A DNA stretch of 64,000 nucleotides from Planctomycetota bacterium (GTDB lineage: Bacteria > Planctomycetota > UBA1135 > UBA2386): the NCBI GenBank assembly GCA_046290465.1, contig JBKAGP010000001.1, positions 544,001 through 608,000 of the forward strand. Reading direction: 5' to 3'. Position numbers and translations under genes: made by a program. Below are positions 31,791 to 41,885 of the stretch, piece after piece (the first letter of the stretch is position 1; each line of letters begins with the position of its first letter). Below the pieces are notes generated by a model. The model saw nothing but the letters and a program-made list of their open reading frames with translations, made no database searches and was not told the origin of the DNA.

Positions 31791-33734
31791 ATGGCGCGCC
31801 AGATCCACCCCGTCGTCGTCGGCACGGCCGGCCACATCGACCACGGCAAGAGCAGCCTGGTCAAGGCGCTGACCGGGACCGATCCGGACCGCCTGCAGGA
31901 GGAGAAGGATCGCGGCCTGACGATCGACCTCGGCTTCGCGCGCATCAAGCTCGCCGACGGTCGCCTGCTCGGCATGGTCGACGTGCCCGGACACGAACGG
32001 TTCGTGCGCAACATGGTGGCCGGCTCGACCGGCCTGGACCTCGCGATGTTGATCGTCGCGGCCGACGACGGCGTGATGCCGCAGACGATCGAGCACGTCG
32101 AGATTCTCGACCTGCTGCAGGTTCGCGGCGGTCTGGTCGTGATGACCAAGATCGACGTCGTCGACGAACTGCTGGTCGAGGTGGCCGAGGAGGAGGTGCG
32201 CGAGCTGGTGCAGGGCACCGTGCTCGAAGGCGCCGAGTTCTGCCGCGTCAGTTCGATCACCGGCGACGGCATCCCCGAGCTCAAGGCGAAGCTCGAAGCG
32301 CTGGCGATGTCGGTCGAGCCGCGCCAGAGCCACGGCCCGTTCCGGATGCCGATCCAGCGGGTGTTCTCGCTGCCCGGGATCGGCACCGTCGTGACCGGCA
32401 TCCCGCTGTCGGGCTCCGTCCGGCCGGGTGCCGAGCTCGAGATCCTGCCGCTCGCAGAACGCGTCAAGGTGCGCGGCATCCACGCCTACGGCGGCAAGGT
32501 CGAAGAGGCGGTCGCGGGCCACAGCACCGCGCTGTCGGTGCCCGACGCCAAGGAGGCCGGCGTGCATCGCGGCATGGTCGCCGCCGAGCCCGACATGTTC
32601 GGCAGCGGCGACGCCGTCGACGTCGAGCTGGCACTCACGCCGCGGTCGCCCAAGCTCGAGCACCGCGTGCCGATCCGGTTCCACACCGGCACCGTCGAGG
32701 TGCTCGGCCAGCTGCTGCTGCTCGATCGCGATCGCGCGGCCGCCGGCGACCAGTTCGTGGCGCGTCTCGAGCTGGACGAGCCGGTCGCCTGCTACGCCGG
32801 CGACCGCTTCCTGCTGCGGCTGCAGAACCCGGTGGTCACCGTCGGCGGCGGCCGGATCCTGCGTCTTGAGGAGTCGGGCCGCTACCGCCGCAAGGACCTC
32901 GGCAGCGAACTGCAGGGCATCGTCGACGCCGGCGACCAGCCCGAGGCACGCGTGCTGCACGAACTCGAGCAGGCCGGCCCGGTCGGCTGCCCGGTCGACG
33001 ACCTGGCGCGCGCGCTCGGTGTCGAGGAGGGCAAGGTCGTCGAGCTGGTTGGCCAGCTGCCCGAGGCCGAACTGTACGACAAGGGCATGCGCGTGTTCCT
33101 GCGGCAGCAGGTGCTCGACGGCGAGCAGGAGCTGCTGACGAGCGTCGACAAGATCCTGGCGCGCCGGCCGGCGGCCGCGTCGATCCAGCGCTCCGCGATC
33201 CGCACGACCCGCACGTTGCCGCAGCAGCTGGTCGAGTTCGTGTTCGCCAAGCTGCAGGACGCCGGCCGCGTGCGCGCCGGCCGGCAGGGGCAGATCCTGT
33301 TCCTCGAACGGCTGAAGCCGCTGCCCGCCGAGCAGCAGGCGCAGTTCGACAAGATCGTCTCGGAATGCGAGAACCGCGCGTTCCGTCCGCCGACCCTCGA
33401 CGAGCTCGCCGAGGTCGTCTCGCTGCGCGGGGACGCGCTGCTGTCGCTGATTGATCGCGCCCAGGACGAGGCCAAGCTCGACAAGGTCGCCGAGCACTAC
33501 TACGGCGCGTCGGTGGTGCGCTCGGTGCTGCACCGGATCCGCGACAACTGCCTTGCCAACGACGAGGTGCTCGACATCCCGGCGCTGCGCGACGGGCTCG
33601 ACACGAGCCGCAAGTTCCTGATCCCGTTGCTCGAATACGTCGACTCGCTCGGCCTGACGGTGCTGCGCGGCGGCGTGCGCCGCCTGCTGCCGTCCTCGGC
33701 GATCAGCCGCGAACTGGCGGCCGAGCGCGGCTGA
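31791..33734 (+). CDS. selB: Selenocysteine-specific elongation factor
   Basis: [31 protein letters not shown]-terminal [11 protein letters not shown] winged helix. Confidence 0.93.
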   Translation: MARQIHPVVVGTAGHIDHGKSSLVKALTGTDPDRLQEEKDRGLTIDLGFARIKLADGRLLGMVDVPGHERFVRNMVAGSTGLDLAMLIVAADDGVMPQTIEHVEILDLLQVRGGLVVMTKIDVVDELLVEVAEEEVRELVQGTVLEGAEFCRVSSITGDGIPELKAKLEALAMSVEPRQSHGPFRMPIQRVFSLPGIGTVVTGIPLSGSVRPGAELEILPLAERVKVRGIHAYGGKVEEAVAGHSTALSVPDAKEAGVHRGMVAAEPDMFGSGDAVDVELALTPRSPKLEHRVPIRFHTGTVEVLGQLLLLDRDRAAAGDQFVARLELDEPVACYAGDRFLLRLQNPVVTVGGGRILRLEESGRYRRKDLGSELQGIVDAGDQPEARVLHELEQAGPVGCPVDDLARALGVEEGKVVELVGQLPEAELYDKGMRVFLRQQVLDGEQELLTSVDKILARRPAAASIQRSAIRTTRTLPQQLVEFVFAKLQDAGRVRAGRQGQILFLERLKPLPAEQQAQFDKIVSECENRAFRPPTLDELAEVVSLRGDALLSLIDRAQDEAKLDKVAEHYYGASVVRSVLHRIRDNCLANDEVLDIPALRDGLDTSRKFLIPLLEYVDSLGLTVLRGGVRRLLPSSAISRELAAERG

Positions 33735-33926
33735 ACGTTCCGGAGCGTCCGGTCACGTTCCATTCGCGACGGGCCCTTCGCGACGGGCCGTCCCGGATCG
33801 AATCTCGGCCCGTCGTGCCACGCGGATCGGGCGCGACTTGCGCAGCCGGTGCGATCCGGGGCACCCCTCAGTCCGAGGCGTCCGGATGCCGATAGGGAGT
33901 TGTCCACCGGACCCACGGAGCAGCTC

Positions 33927-36266
33927 ATGACGGGTGATACCCATAACAACGACGACGCGGACTTCCTCGACGAGGACTTCGTCGTCGAGGACATCGTCGG
34001 CAAGAACGACGACCTCGAGGACCTGTTCGACGAACCGGCCCAGCCGGAAGCAGAAGATCTCGCGGCCGCCGACGACCCTGCCGACAAGGCGGACGCGGAC
34101 AAGGACGAGGACGACCTGCTGTTCACGGACCATACCGAGGGTCTGGATGCCGAGGAGCCGTTCCAGAAGCCGACGTTCGCGGAGGACGGCGAGTCGCAGT
34201 GGAGCGGGGAGGAGCTCGATCTCGAGTCCGTCGGCGACGACACGATGGGCGTGCCCGACGCGACGCTCGAGGACGAAGAGGCGATGGCCGACCCCGAGCT
34301 GGTCGAGGCCAAGGAGACGTTCGCGTCCGAACTCGACTCGATGCTGGGTGACGAAGAGGACTTCGCGCTCGACAGCGAAGCCGACCTGCAGCTGGTCGGC
34401 GACGACGGCATCAGCGAGTTCGAGCAGTCGGGACCGTTCGTGCTCGACGACGGCGAAGGCCTGTGGAGCGACGAGGCCGAGGCCGACGGCGCGCAGCCGT
34501 TGGCCGAGCAGGCGTTCGCCGAGCAGCCGGGCGACGAGCAGCCGGCGGTCGGGGCGTTCGACGACGAGGACCAGGACGACACGTTCGAGGTGGCCGACGA
34601 CCAGACGATGGTCGCCGAAGGCAACCCGTTCGTGAACATGACCCACGAACTGCCGCCGGAGTCGGTCGACGCCAGCGAGGCGCCGACCCAGGTCGGCGAC
34701 GGTGCGTTCGACGAGCTGGACGAGGTCGCTGCGGCCGGCGGTGCCGAAGCCGCGGCCGAGCACGTCGAAGACGGCTACGAGGAGATGCAGCTGCTCGACG
34801 CGGCCGAAGGTGGTGAGGTCGGCGGGGCCGGCTGGGAGCCGCTGCCGGCGACGTCGGTGGACGCGCTCTCCGAGGTCGACGAGATCCAGCGTGCCGACGA
34901 GGTCGAGTACGACACGTCGGGCTACGAGGAGGACGAGGTCTACGACGAGGCCGAGGGCGACGAACCGGGCTACGAGGACGAGTACGCCGAACACGAGTAC
35001 ACGCCCGAAGAGCTCGAGGGGGTCGACGGCCACGACATCTACGCCGAGGACGAGGACGAGCACGAGGCGGTGGTCGTCGGGGGGCCGGGTTCGGGCCGCA
35101 GGCGTTCGTGGAGCCTGCTGCTGTCGCTCGCGGCGTCGGTGATGATCCTGGGGCTGGCGGCGACCGTGGTGGTCCGGCCGGCGTGGTTCGGCCTGAGCGT
35201 CGAGCCCGAGCAGGTCGCCCGCGTCGAGGTGCCGCGGCCGCGCGTCGAACTCGACGTGGCGGAGCCGCCGAAGGTGGAGGCTGCGGTCGCGCCGAACGAG
35301 ACGCAGCCGTCCGATACCGATCCCGAGGCACCGACCACGGCGCCGACGTCGGAGGGGCCGACCCCGCCGAACGAGGCCGTGCCGAGCGAGACCCAGCCCG
35401 GAGATACCCAGCCCGGAGAAACCCAGCCGGCAGAGAACCAGCCAGGCGAGGCCCAGCCGGGGGAGAACCAGCCGGGCGAGAACCAGCCGAACCCGACCGC
35501 GCCGGTCGACCCGCCGACCGCCGAGGATCCGCCGCAGCCGCAGATCGGCCAGGGCGAACCGTCGGCCACCACGCCCGACGTCGTGGTCGCGCCGACGGCC
35601 GGCGGCACCGAAGGGCCGGTCGCCGTCGACACCCCGAAGCCCGACAGCTGGCCGGTCGCGCCGACGGCGCAGGAGCCCGAGGTCGAGGCCAAGGGCGAGA
35701 CGCTGGCCCGCTTCGGCGACAACCTGCTGGTCGGCGGCATGGGCCAGGGGGACACGTCGAACGGCAACGCGCTCGACGGGGTGCTGCCGGGTAGCCGCGC
35801 GTTCGCGCAGCTGCACAACGGCAACTACTTCATCGGCAAGGTCAAGCAGATCGCTGGCGAGACGATCACGCTGCGCGTCGACACCGGCGAGGTCACGCTG
35901 CCGACGATCGAGATCGCGCAGCTGACGAGGCTCGGCTCCAACGACTACGACGACCTGCAGCGCGCCACCAAGGGCTTCGTGCGGCTGACCAACAACAACC
36001 GCCTGGTCGGCGGCATCCTCAGCCGGATCGCCGACGACCACATCGTGCTCGAGTTCCGCAGCAACCGCGTGATGCTGCCCAAGTCGGTGGTCGGCGAGAT
36101 CGTCAGCGGCGAGGACGACAGCAACGTCCGCCTCGGCACGACGCGCGAAGAGGACAACTGGCTCAAGAAGATCGCCGAACGCGAGCTCGGCAACGGCCGC
36201 GGCGCCGAGGTCGAGCCCAAGCCGAAGACCCCGGGCGGCGCTGCGCGCAGCGGCCCGCCCAGGTAG
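33927..36266 (+). CDS. Highly acidic single-pass membrane protein with QPG repeats
   Basis: ~385-aa D/E-rich N-terminus, RRR + TM, Pro-rich linker, two similar small beta modules. Confidence 0.8.
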   Translation: MTGDTHNNDDADFLDEDFVVEDIVGKNDDLEDLFDEPAQPEAEDLAAADDPADKADADKDEDDLLFTDHTEGLDAEEPFQKPTFAEDGESQWSGEELDLESVGDDTMGVPDATLEDEEAMADPELVEAKETFASELDSMLGDEEDFALDSEADLQLVGDDGISEFEQSGPFVLDDGEGLWSDEAEADGAQPLAEQAFAEQPGDEQPAVGAFDDEDQDDTFEVADDQTMVAEGNPFVNMTHELPPESVDASEAPTQVGDGAFDELDEVAAAGGAEAAAEHVEDGYEEMQLLDAAEGGEVGGAGWEPLPATSVDALSEVDEIQRADEVEYDTSGYEEDEVYDEAEGDEPGYEDEYAEHEYTPEELEGVDGHDIYAEDEDEHEAVVVGGPGSGRRRSWSLLLSLAASVMILGLAATVVVRPAWFGLSVEPEQVARVEVPRPRVELDVAEPPKVEAAVAPNETQPSDTDPEAPTTAPTSEGPTPPNEAVPSETQPGDTQPGETQPAENQPGEAQPGENQPGENQPNPTAPVDPPTAEDPPQPQIGQGEPSATTPDVVVAPTAGGTEGPVAVDTPKPDSWPVAPTAQEPEVEAKGETLARFGDNLLVGGMGQGDTSNGNALDGVLPGSRAFAQLHNGNYFIGKVKQIAGETITLRVDTGEVTLPTIEIAQLTRLGSNDYDDLQRATKGFVRLTNNNRLVGGILSRIADDHIVLEFRSNRVMLPKSVVGEIVSGEDDSNVRLGTTREEDNWLKKIAERELGNGRGAEVEPKPKTPGGAARSGPPR
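35388..35492 (+). repeat. 7 x 15-nt coding tandem repeat
   Basis: ETQPG DTQPG ETQPA ENQPG EAQPG ENQPG ENQPN. Confidence 0.9.
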
Positions 36267-36326
36267 TCTGCCGCGGAGTCGAAGGTCGGGGCGCGCTCCG
36301 GCCGGCGGACTCGCTAAGCTGCCGCC

Positions 36327-36842
36327 GTGCAGACCTGCCCCGAATGCGGCAACCACGACATGCGCGTCGTCCAGCGTGACGGCGCGTCCGTGCACGAGTG
36401 CGGGCTGTGCGGGGCGACCTTCGGCGACCGTCGCGCGGTGCGTGGAGCGGAGCTGGCGGACGAGGCGTTCGCACGCGGCGTCGACGAGGAGATCTGGCCG
36501 CTGGCCCGCGTGCTCGAACGACTGCCGGGGTTCACGCTCGGCAGCTGCAGCGCCGGCGGCCGCGGCGGCCTGCCGTTCGTCGAGCTGGTGGTCGCCGGCC
36601 ACGAGGCGCTGGTCCAGCTCGAGAACCTGGCCAAGGCCGTGCGGCTGGCGGCGGGTGCCCTGCGGTGTCGCTGGCTGCTCGAAGCTCGCTTCGAGAACAC
36701 CCTGGTGGTCGTGGTGCGCGCCGACGGCGGGGAGCAGGAGTTGCGCGATGCTCGCATCGACGTCGAGGCGCTCGCGCGGCACGTCGATCGGGACATGCGT
36801 CTGACGTGGTGGCGGCATGCAGAGGACGGCCAGAACGGATAG
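36327..36842 (+). CDS. Hypothetical protein with N-terminal zinc ribbon
   Basis: CPECG...CGLCG. Confidence 0.65.
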   Translation: MQTCPECGNHDMRVVQRDGASVHECGLCGATFGDRRAVRGAELADEAFARGVDEEIWPLARVLERLPGFTLGSCSAGGRGGLPFVELVVAGHEALVQLENLAKAVRLAAGALRCRWLLEARFENTLVVVVRADGGEQELRDARIDVEALARHVDRDMRLTWWRHAEDGQNG

Positions 36843-36887
36843 CCTGCGTCGAGACCCCGACGACCGATCCGCACGCTCCGTCCGCAC

Positions 36888-38462
36888 ATGTACCGTTCCC
36901 TGTCGCTGCTGTTCATCCTGTTCGCGTCCGCTGTGCTTACCGCGCAGTCCGACCTCGAGGGCCGCCTCGATGCCGTCAAGGAGTTCGACCGCTACTTTCG
37001 CAAGGCCAAGGAGGAGGCGCTGCAGGTCGAGGCGGTGATGACCCTCGAGGGCAACGAGTGCCTGCCGGCGGCGGAGTCGCTGATCAAGCTGCTGACGCAC
37101 AAGTCGCCGGCGGTGCAGGACGCGGCGCTGACGGTGCTGGGCGGCTATCGGGAGCAGGCGACCTTCCAGCCGTGGATCGACGAGCTGCCAAAGGAGAGGG
37201 ACGCCAGGAAGGCCGCGGTCACGATCAAGCTGTGCGGCCGCTCGAAGCTGCGCGGCGCGGTGCCGGCGATCGAGGAGTACATCCAGAACGCCAAGCGGCT
37301 CGACGGACCGGTCAAGTACGAGACCGCGCGCGCGCTGATGGCGATCGGGGACCCGGGCAAGACCGGTCTGCTGGGCCAGTTCGTCGAGGACCCGGACGCG
37401 CCGGTGCGCATGGCCGCGTGCGATGCGATCGCAAAGCTGAAGGTCAAGGAGCTCGGCCCGGCGGTGACCAAGCTGCTCGAGGACGACGAGTGGCAGGTGC
37501 AGACGGCCGCGATCGAGGCGGTCGCGGTGCTGCGCCCGCAACAGGCGGTGCAGCCGCTGATCGACCTGATGCGCGAGTCGGGCCGGCTGCGCACCGAGTG
37601 CGCCGACGCGCTGTTCCGGATCACCGCGCTCGACTTCGGGGTCGACCCGGAGAAGTGGCAGCAGCAGTGGACCAAGCTGATGTCGATCGACGGCTGGCGC
37701 ATCCCGACCGACGAGGAGCTGGCGCAGAAGATCGCGAGCCGCAAGAAGTACGACGCCTTCTACGGCAAGAAGGACGAGACCAACTCGTTCGCCGGGATCC
37801 CGACGACGTCGACCAACGTGCTGTTCGTGATCGACGTGTCGGGCTCGATGGACGACCTGGTGGTCGAGGTCGACAAGTTCCGCGAGTACCGCGACCGCAA
37901 GCGGTTCACGATCGTGCAGACCGAGCTGCTCAACACGATCGAGACGCTGTCGAAGGACACCAACTTCAACATCGTGGCGTTCGCGACCGACCTCGACCCG
38001 TGGAAGAAGCGGCTGGTGCCGGCCAACGTCGTCAACCGGGACTCGGCCAAGCAGTTCGTCGAACGGCTCAAGCCGATCGGCGGCAGCGAGTCGCAGGAGC
38101 TGGCGGCGTCGGGACTCGGCGGCAGCGCCAACCTCGCCGCCGGCAAGACCAACACGCTGAAGGCGCTGCTCTACGGCTTCGGCATCGATCCCGAGAAGCC
38201 GAAGAAGAAGGCCGCGGTGACCGGCTACGACAAGAAGGCGATCAAGGAGAAGCGGCCGCTCGACACCATCTACTTCCTCAGCGATGGCCGTCCGTCGGTC
38301 GGCAAGCTGATCGAGCCGATGGAGATCCTCGCCGAAGTGCGCAAGCACAACGATCTGTACCGGATGGTCATCCACACGATCGCGATCGGCGACTTCCAGA
38401 AGAACTTCCTCGACCAGCTCGCGCGCGAGAACGGCGGCGTGTTCGTCGACCTGGGGCGCTGA
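36888..38462 (+). CDS. Secreted HEAT-repeat + vWA domain protein
   Basis: Signal peptide, HEAT-like repeats (DAPVRMAA, WQVQTAA), MIDAS DVSGSM and FLSDG. Confidence 0.85.
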   Translation: MYRSLSLLFILFASAVLTAQSDLEGRLDAVKEFDRYFRKAKEEALQVEAVMTLEGNECLPAAESLIKLLTHKSPAVQDAALTVLGGYREQATFQPWIDELPKERDARKAAVTIKLCGRSKLRGAVPAIEEYIQNAKRLDGPVKYETARALMAIGDPGKTGLLGQFVEDPDAPVRMAACDAIAKLKVKELGPAVTKLLEDDEWQVQTAAIEAVAVLRPQQAVQPLIDLMRESGRLRTECADALFRITALDFGVDPEKWQQQWTKLMSIDGWRIPTDEELAQKIASRKKYDAFYGKKDETNSFAGIPTTSTNVLFVIDVSGSMDDLVVEVDKFREYRDRKRFTIVQTELLNTIETLSKDTNFNIVAFATDLDPWKKRLVPANVVNRDSAKQFVERLKPIGGSESQELAASGLGGSANLAAGKTNTLKALLYGFGIDPEKPKKKAAVTGYDKKAIKEKRPLDTIYFLSDGRPSVGKLIEPMEILAEVRKHNDLYRMVIHTIAIGDFQKNFLDQLARENGGVFVDLGR

Positions 38463-38500
38463 GCGGCGGCGGGGCCGCGCCGGCGGCCGGCCTATCGGGC

Positions 38501-38578
38501 CAAAGCCCCGTCCGCGGCGTACACGCCGCTTCCGCGATCACGGTTGGCAGCGCGTCCACTACATGGACGCGCTCCTAG
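38501..38578. repeat. ~80-bp REP-like repeat, copy 1
   Basis: Near-identical to 40615-40693. Contains AGCGCGTCCA-ctaca-TGGACGCGCT and ends in CTAG. Confidence 0.9.
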
Positions 38579-39828
38579 CCGAGCGGCTCGCGGCCGCGCA
38601 GCAGGCCGCGCGGTCGCAGCCACAGCGCGACCGCGGTCGCCAGCGCACCGGCACCGGCGGCGGTGAACAGCACGCGCGCCATGCCTTCGCGTTCTTGCAG
38701 GTGGAACAGCAGCACGTTGGCGACCGCGTAGACGGCGCGCGCGCCGAGCGACAGCACCGACAGCACCGTGGTGCGCGCGTGCGAGCCGATGCGGTGGTTG
38801 ACGAACTCGTGGATCAGCGACCAGTGCATCGCGAACGGCACCTGCTGTACGAAGAACATCGCGACGCCGATCCAGCAGAACCAGGTGACGGCGCCGCCGG
38901 ACGCGGCGGCGCGGCGCTCGAACGCCATCACCAGCATCGACGCGCACAGCACCAGCGGCATGCCCCAGAACAGCGGCCGTCGCCCCCAGCGCGCCACCAG
39001 CTGCGGCACCTTCGAACTCAGCGGGGCGGCGAACAGGTTGAGCAGCGCGAAGATCACGCCGACGGCAATCGCGTTGGCGAACAGCGGTTCGGTCTCGCCG
39101 ATCGCCTCGAGGTACGGCTGGTAGTTGTGGAACGGGAACCGCAGCAGCGTGAACAGCACCACCCAATACAGCAGCAGCCAGCGCACCGGGGTCTTGCGCA
39201 GTTCGTCGCCGGCATGGCGCAGGAACGGCGCGCGGACCCGTTCGGGAGCGACGATCGTGCGCGGCCCGAGCAGGCGCGAAGCCAGCAGCGCGGCGACCAG
39301 GTTGAGCGCCGCCGTGGCGAGGATCGCCGGCTCGTAGGCGGTGCCGTGCTCGTTGCCGAAGCGCACCAGCGTCCCGCCGAGCAGGAATGCGGTGCCGGTG
39401 CCGTAGAGCCGGCGGGCGTGCACCCGGCTCTCCTCGGCGAGGTAGCGCTGTTCCTGGCCGTGCGCCTTCAGCGTCTCGTAGAGCACGACGGTCGGCGGGC
39501 CGGACAGCACCGAGTGGCCGAGCCCGAGCAGGATCTCGCCGAGCACGAAGCCCGGGTAGTCGCGCCACAGCACGAAGGTCGCGAACCCGGCCGCCAGCAG
39601 CCCGGGGCCGATGACCAGCATGCGGCGCGCGCCGAACCGGTCCGCGAGCACCCCGGTGGGCACTTCCGCGACGAACATCGTCAGGTAGTACGCGGTCAGG
39701 ATCTCGCCGTACTCGCCGGCGCTCATGCCGTGATCCGCGAAGAACAGGAACAGGAACGGCACGCACGCGAACGGATAGGTGACCAGCGCGTAGCTGCGCA
39801 GCCAGCGGAGCTGTCGTTCGAGATGCAA
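38575..39828 (-). CDS. MFS transporter
   Basis: EVPTGVLADRFGARR MFS motif A, multiple TM segments. TTG start is tentative. Confidence 0.88.
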   Translation of the reverse strand: MHLERQLRWLRSYALVTYPFACVPFLFLFFADHGMSAGEYGEILTAYYLTMFVAEVPTGVLADRFGARRMLVIGPGLLAAGFATFVLWRDYPGFVLGEILLGLGHSVLSGPPTVVLYETLKAHGQEQRYLAEESRVHARRLYGTGTAFLLGGTLVRFGNEHGTAYEPAILATAALNLVAALLASRLLGPRTIVAPERVRAPFLRHAGDELRKTPVRWLLLYWVVLFTLLRFPFHNYQPYLEAIGETEPLFANAIAVGVIFALLNLFAAPLSSKVPQLVARWGRRPLFWGMPLVLCASMLVMAFERRAAASGGAVTWFCWIGVAMFFVQQVPFAMHWSLIHEFVNHRIGSHARTTVLSVLSLGARAVYAVANVLLFHLQEREGMARVLFTAAGAGALATAVALWLRPRGLLRGREPLG

Positions 39829-39893
39829 GCGGCGCAGCGTCGCGCTTGGCCGCGACGGTTGCAATCGTCGAGCGCGGTGGCGACGGTAGGGGA

Positions 39894-40610
39894 GTGAGGT
39901 CCCGTTCGCTGCTGGCCATCCCGCTGGTCTGGCTGCTCGCCGCGTGTGCCGCCGGCGTGCCGATCGACCGCGCCGTCGAGCAGCAATGGGCGACCGACGT
40001 GCTGCTCGGTGCCGAGTCCGGCCACCGGCGCGACGGCGTGGTGCGCTGGCGCGGGCCGGTGCGGTTCCTGGTGGTGGAAGCAAAGGACCGCTTCCGCCGC
40101 GCGATCGATCGCGCCTTCGAGGACCTGTCGCGGACGCTCGAGGGCGTGCACCGGCTCGAACTCGAATACGTGCAGCGGCGCGACACGCGCATTGGCGGCG
40201 AGGGCTTCGTCACGGTGTTCCCGGTGGCTCCGGGCCAGGCGGCACTGCTGGCCGCCGAACTCGGCGCGCTGCCGCCGAGCGCCGACGCCGACGGCTGGTT
40301 CACGATCGCCTGGAATGGCGCGTTCGAGCTGACCCGGGCGCTGGTGTTCGTGGATCCGGCGCTGGAGCCGCGCTGGCTGCGGCACACCGCGCTCGAAGAG
40401 ATGTTCCAGTCGCTGGGCCCGAGCAACGACTCGGGCCTGCTGCGCGACTCGCTCGTCTACGAGGGCGAGCACGGCTACGGCTCGCACCAGCGCCTGGCGC
40501 GCGTCGACAGGGAGATCCTGCGGTTGCTCTACGGGGCGCTGCTGCCCGGCGCCGACGCGGCCGAGATCGCGCGGGCGATGGCGCGCAGCTGGCGGTTCGA
40601 CGGCGGCTAG
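39894..40610 (+). CDS. DUF2927-like lipoprotein
   Basis: LAAC lipobox, VVRWRGPV, EEMFQSLGPSNDS, DREILRLLY. Confidence 0.7.
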   Translation: MRSRSLLAIPLVWLLAACAAGVPIDRAVEQQWATDVLLGAESGHRRDGVVRWRGPVRFLVVEAKDRFRRAIDRAFEDLSRTLEGVHRLELEYVQRRDTRIGGEGFVTVFPVAPGQAALLAAELGALPPSADADGWFTIAWNGAFELTRALVFVDPALEPRWLRHTALEEMFQSLGPSNDSGLLRDSLVYEGEHGYGSHQRLARVDREILRLLYGALLPGADAAEIARAMARSWRFDGG

Positions 40611-40614
40611 CGGG

Positions 40615-40693
40615 CAAAGCCCCGTCCGCACGCGTACACGCCGCTTCCGCGATCACGGTCGGCAGCGCGTCCACTACATGGACGCGCTCCTAG
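40615..40693. repeat. ~80-bp REP-like repeat, copy 2
   Basis: Direct repeat of 38501-38578. CTAG at 40607 and 40690. Confidence 0.9.
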
Positions 40694-40767
40694 AGGACTG
40701 GCTGAGAAGCGGCCGCTCTGGCGCGCTTCGCTTGCATTCGAACCGGTGCCGGGCATTCTCAGCGGCG

Positions 40768-41796
40768 ATGGCGATCGCCGACTTCCGCAGTGACACGATG
40801 ACCGCCCCGTGCCAGCAGATGCGCGCGGCGATGGCGGCGGCCGAGGTCGGCGACGACGTCTGGGGCGAGGACCCGACCGTGACGGCGCTCGAACGGCACG
40901 TCGCGGCGCTGCTCGGCAAGGAGGCTGCGCTGTTCCTGCCGTCGGGCACGATGGCCAACCAGGTCGCGATCCACGTGCACTGCCGTCCCGGCGACGAGCT
41001 GATCTGCGAGGAACGCAGCCACGTGTTCTTCTATGAGGGCGGCGCGATCGCGCGGCTGTCGGGCACCCAGGTGCGCACGCTGACGGCGGCCAGCGGCTTC
41101 CCGGAGCCGGCGCAGGTCGAGGCGGCGGTGCGCCCGGACGATCCGCACTTCCCGCGCTCGCGGCTGCTGGTGGTCGAGAACACCCACAACATGGCCGGGG
41201 GCCGGGTCGCCGACGCGGCGCGCCTAGCCGAACTCGCGGCCGCCGCGCGGCGGCACGGCATGCGCGTGCACTGCGATGGGGCCCGCCTGCTCAACGCCGC
41301 GGTCGCGCTCGGCGTGCCCGCCAGCGAACTGGTCGCGCCGGTCGACACCACCACCCTGTGCCTCAGCAAGGGACTCGGCGCGCCGGTCGGGTCGCTGCTG
41401 GCCGGACCCGGGGACTTCGTGCGCGAGGCGCGCCGGGTCCGCAAGGCGTTCGGCGGCGGCATGCGCCAGGCCGGCGTGCTGGCCGCGGCCGGTCGCATCG
41501 CCGTCGACCGTGGGCCCGCGTGGCTGGCCGAGGACCACCGCCGCGCCCGCGTGCTGGCCGAAGGCCTGCAGGGGCTCGCGTGCGCGACCGTCGACGTCGC
41601 CGCCACCGACAGCAACATCGTGATGATGGACACCGTCGCCGGCGCCGCCGACACGGTGCTCGACGAACTCCAGCGCCACGACGTGCGCGCCGCCAAGGCC
41701 GGCGCCGACCGCATTCGCTTCGTGCTGCACCGGGATCTCGACGATGAGATGGTGCAGCGCTGCCTCGAGATCGTTCGCGGGATCCGAATCCCCTGA
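40768..41796 (+). CDS. ltaE: Low-specificity L-threonine aldolase
   Basis: DFRSDT, SGTMANQ, ENTHN, DGARL, CLSKGLGAPVGS. Confidence 0.92.
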   Translation: MAIADFRSDTMTAPCQQMRAAMAAAEVGDDVWGEDPTVTALERHVAALLGKEAALFLPSGTMANQVAIHVHCRPGDELICEERSHVFFYEGGAIARLSGTQVRTLTAASGFPEPAQVEAAVRPDDPHFPRSRLLVVENTHNMAGGRVADAARLAELAAAARRHGMRVHCDGARLLNAAVALGVPASELVAPVDTTTLCLSKGLGAPVGSLLAGPGDFVREARRVRKAFGGGMRQAGVLAAAGRIAVDRGPAWLAEDHRRARVLAEGLQGLACATVDVAATDSNIVMMDTVAGAADTVLDELQRHDVRAAKAGADRIRFVLHRDLDDEMVQRCLEIVRGIRIP

Positions 41797-41883
41797 GCGT
41801 TCCGAATCCCCTGAGCTTTCGAATCTCCTGAACGTTCCGAAAGCCCTGAACCTTCCGACCCCCACCCTTCCGAACCGGACCTC
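41783..41883 (+). repeat. Degenerating 15-18-nt tandem array at the ltaE 3' end
   Basis: TCCGAATCCCCTGAGCGT-like units at 41783, 41801, 41818, 41836, 41854 and 41869. Confidence 0.8.
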
Positions 41884-41885
41884 AC

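Noticed and set aside
38492..40693. Integron attC cassettes
   Set aside because: No RYYYAAC/GTTRRRY boxes, the enclosed genes are divergent, and there is no integrase in the window.
41783..41883. Possible mini-CRISPR array (also 26743-26808 and 46442-46489)
   Set aside because: Units are too short, there are no unique spacers, and no cas genes are present.
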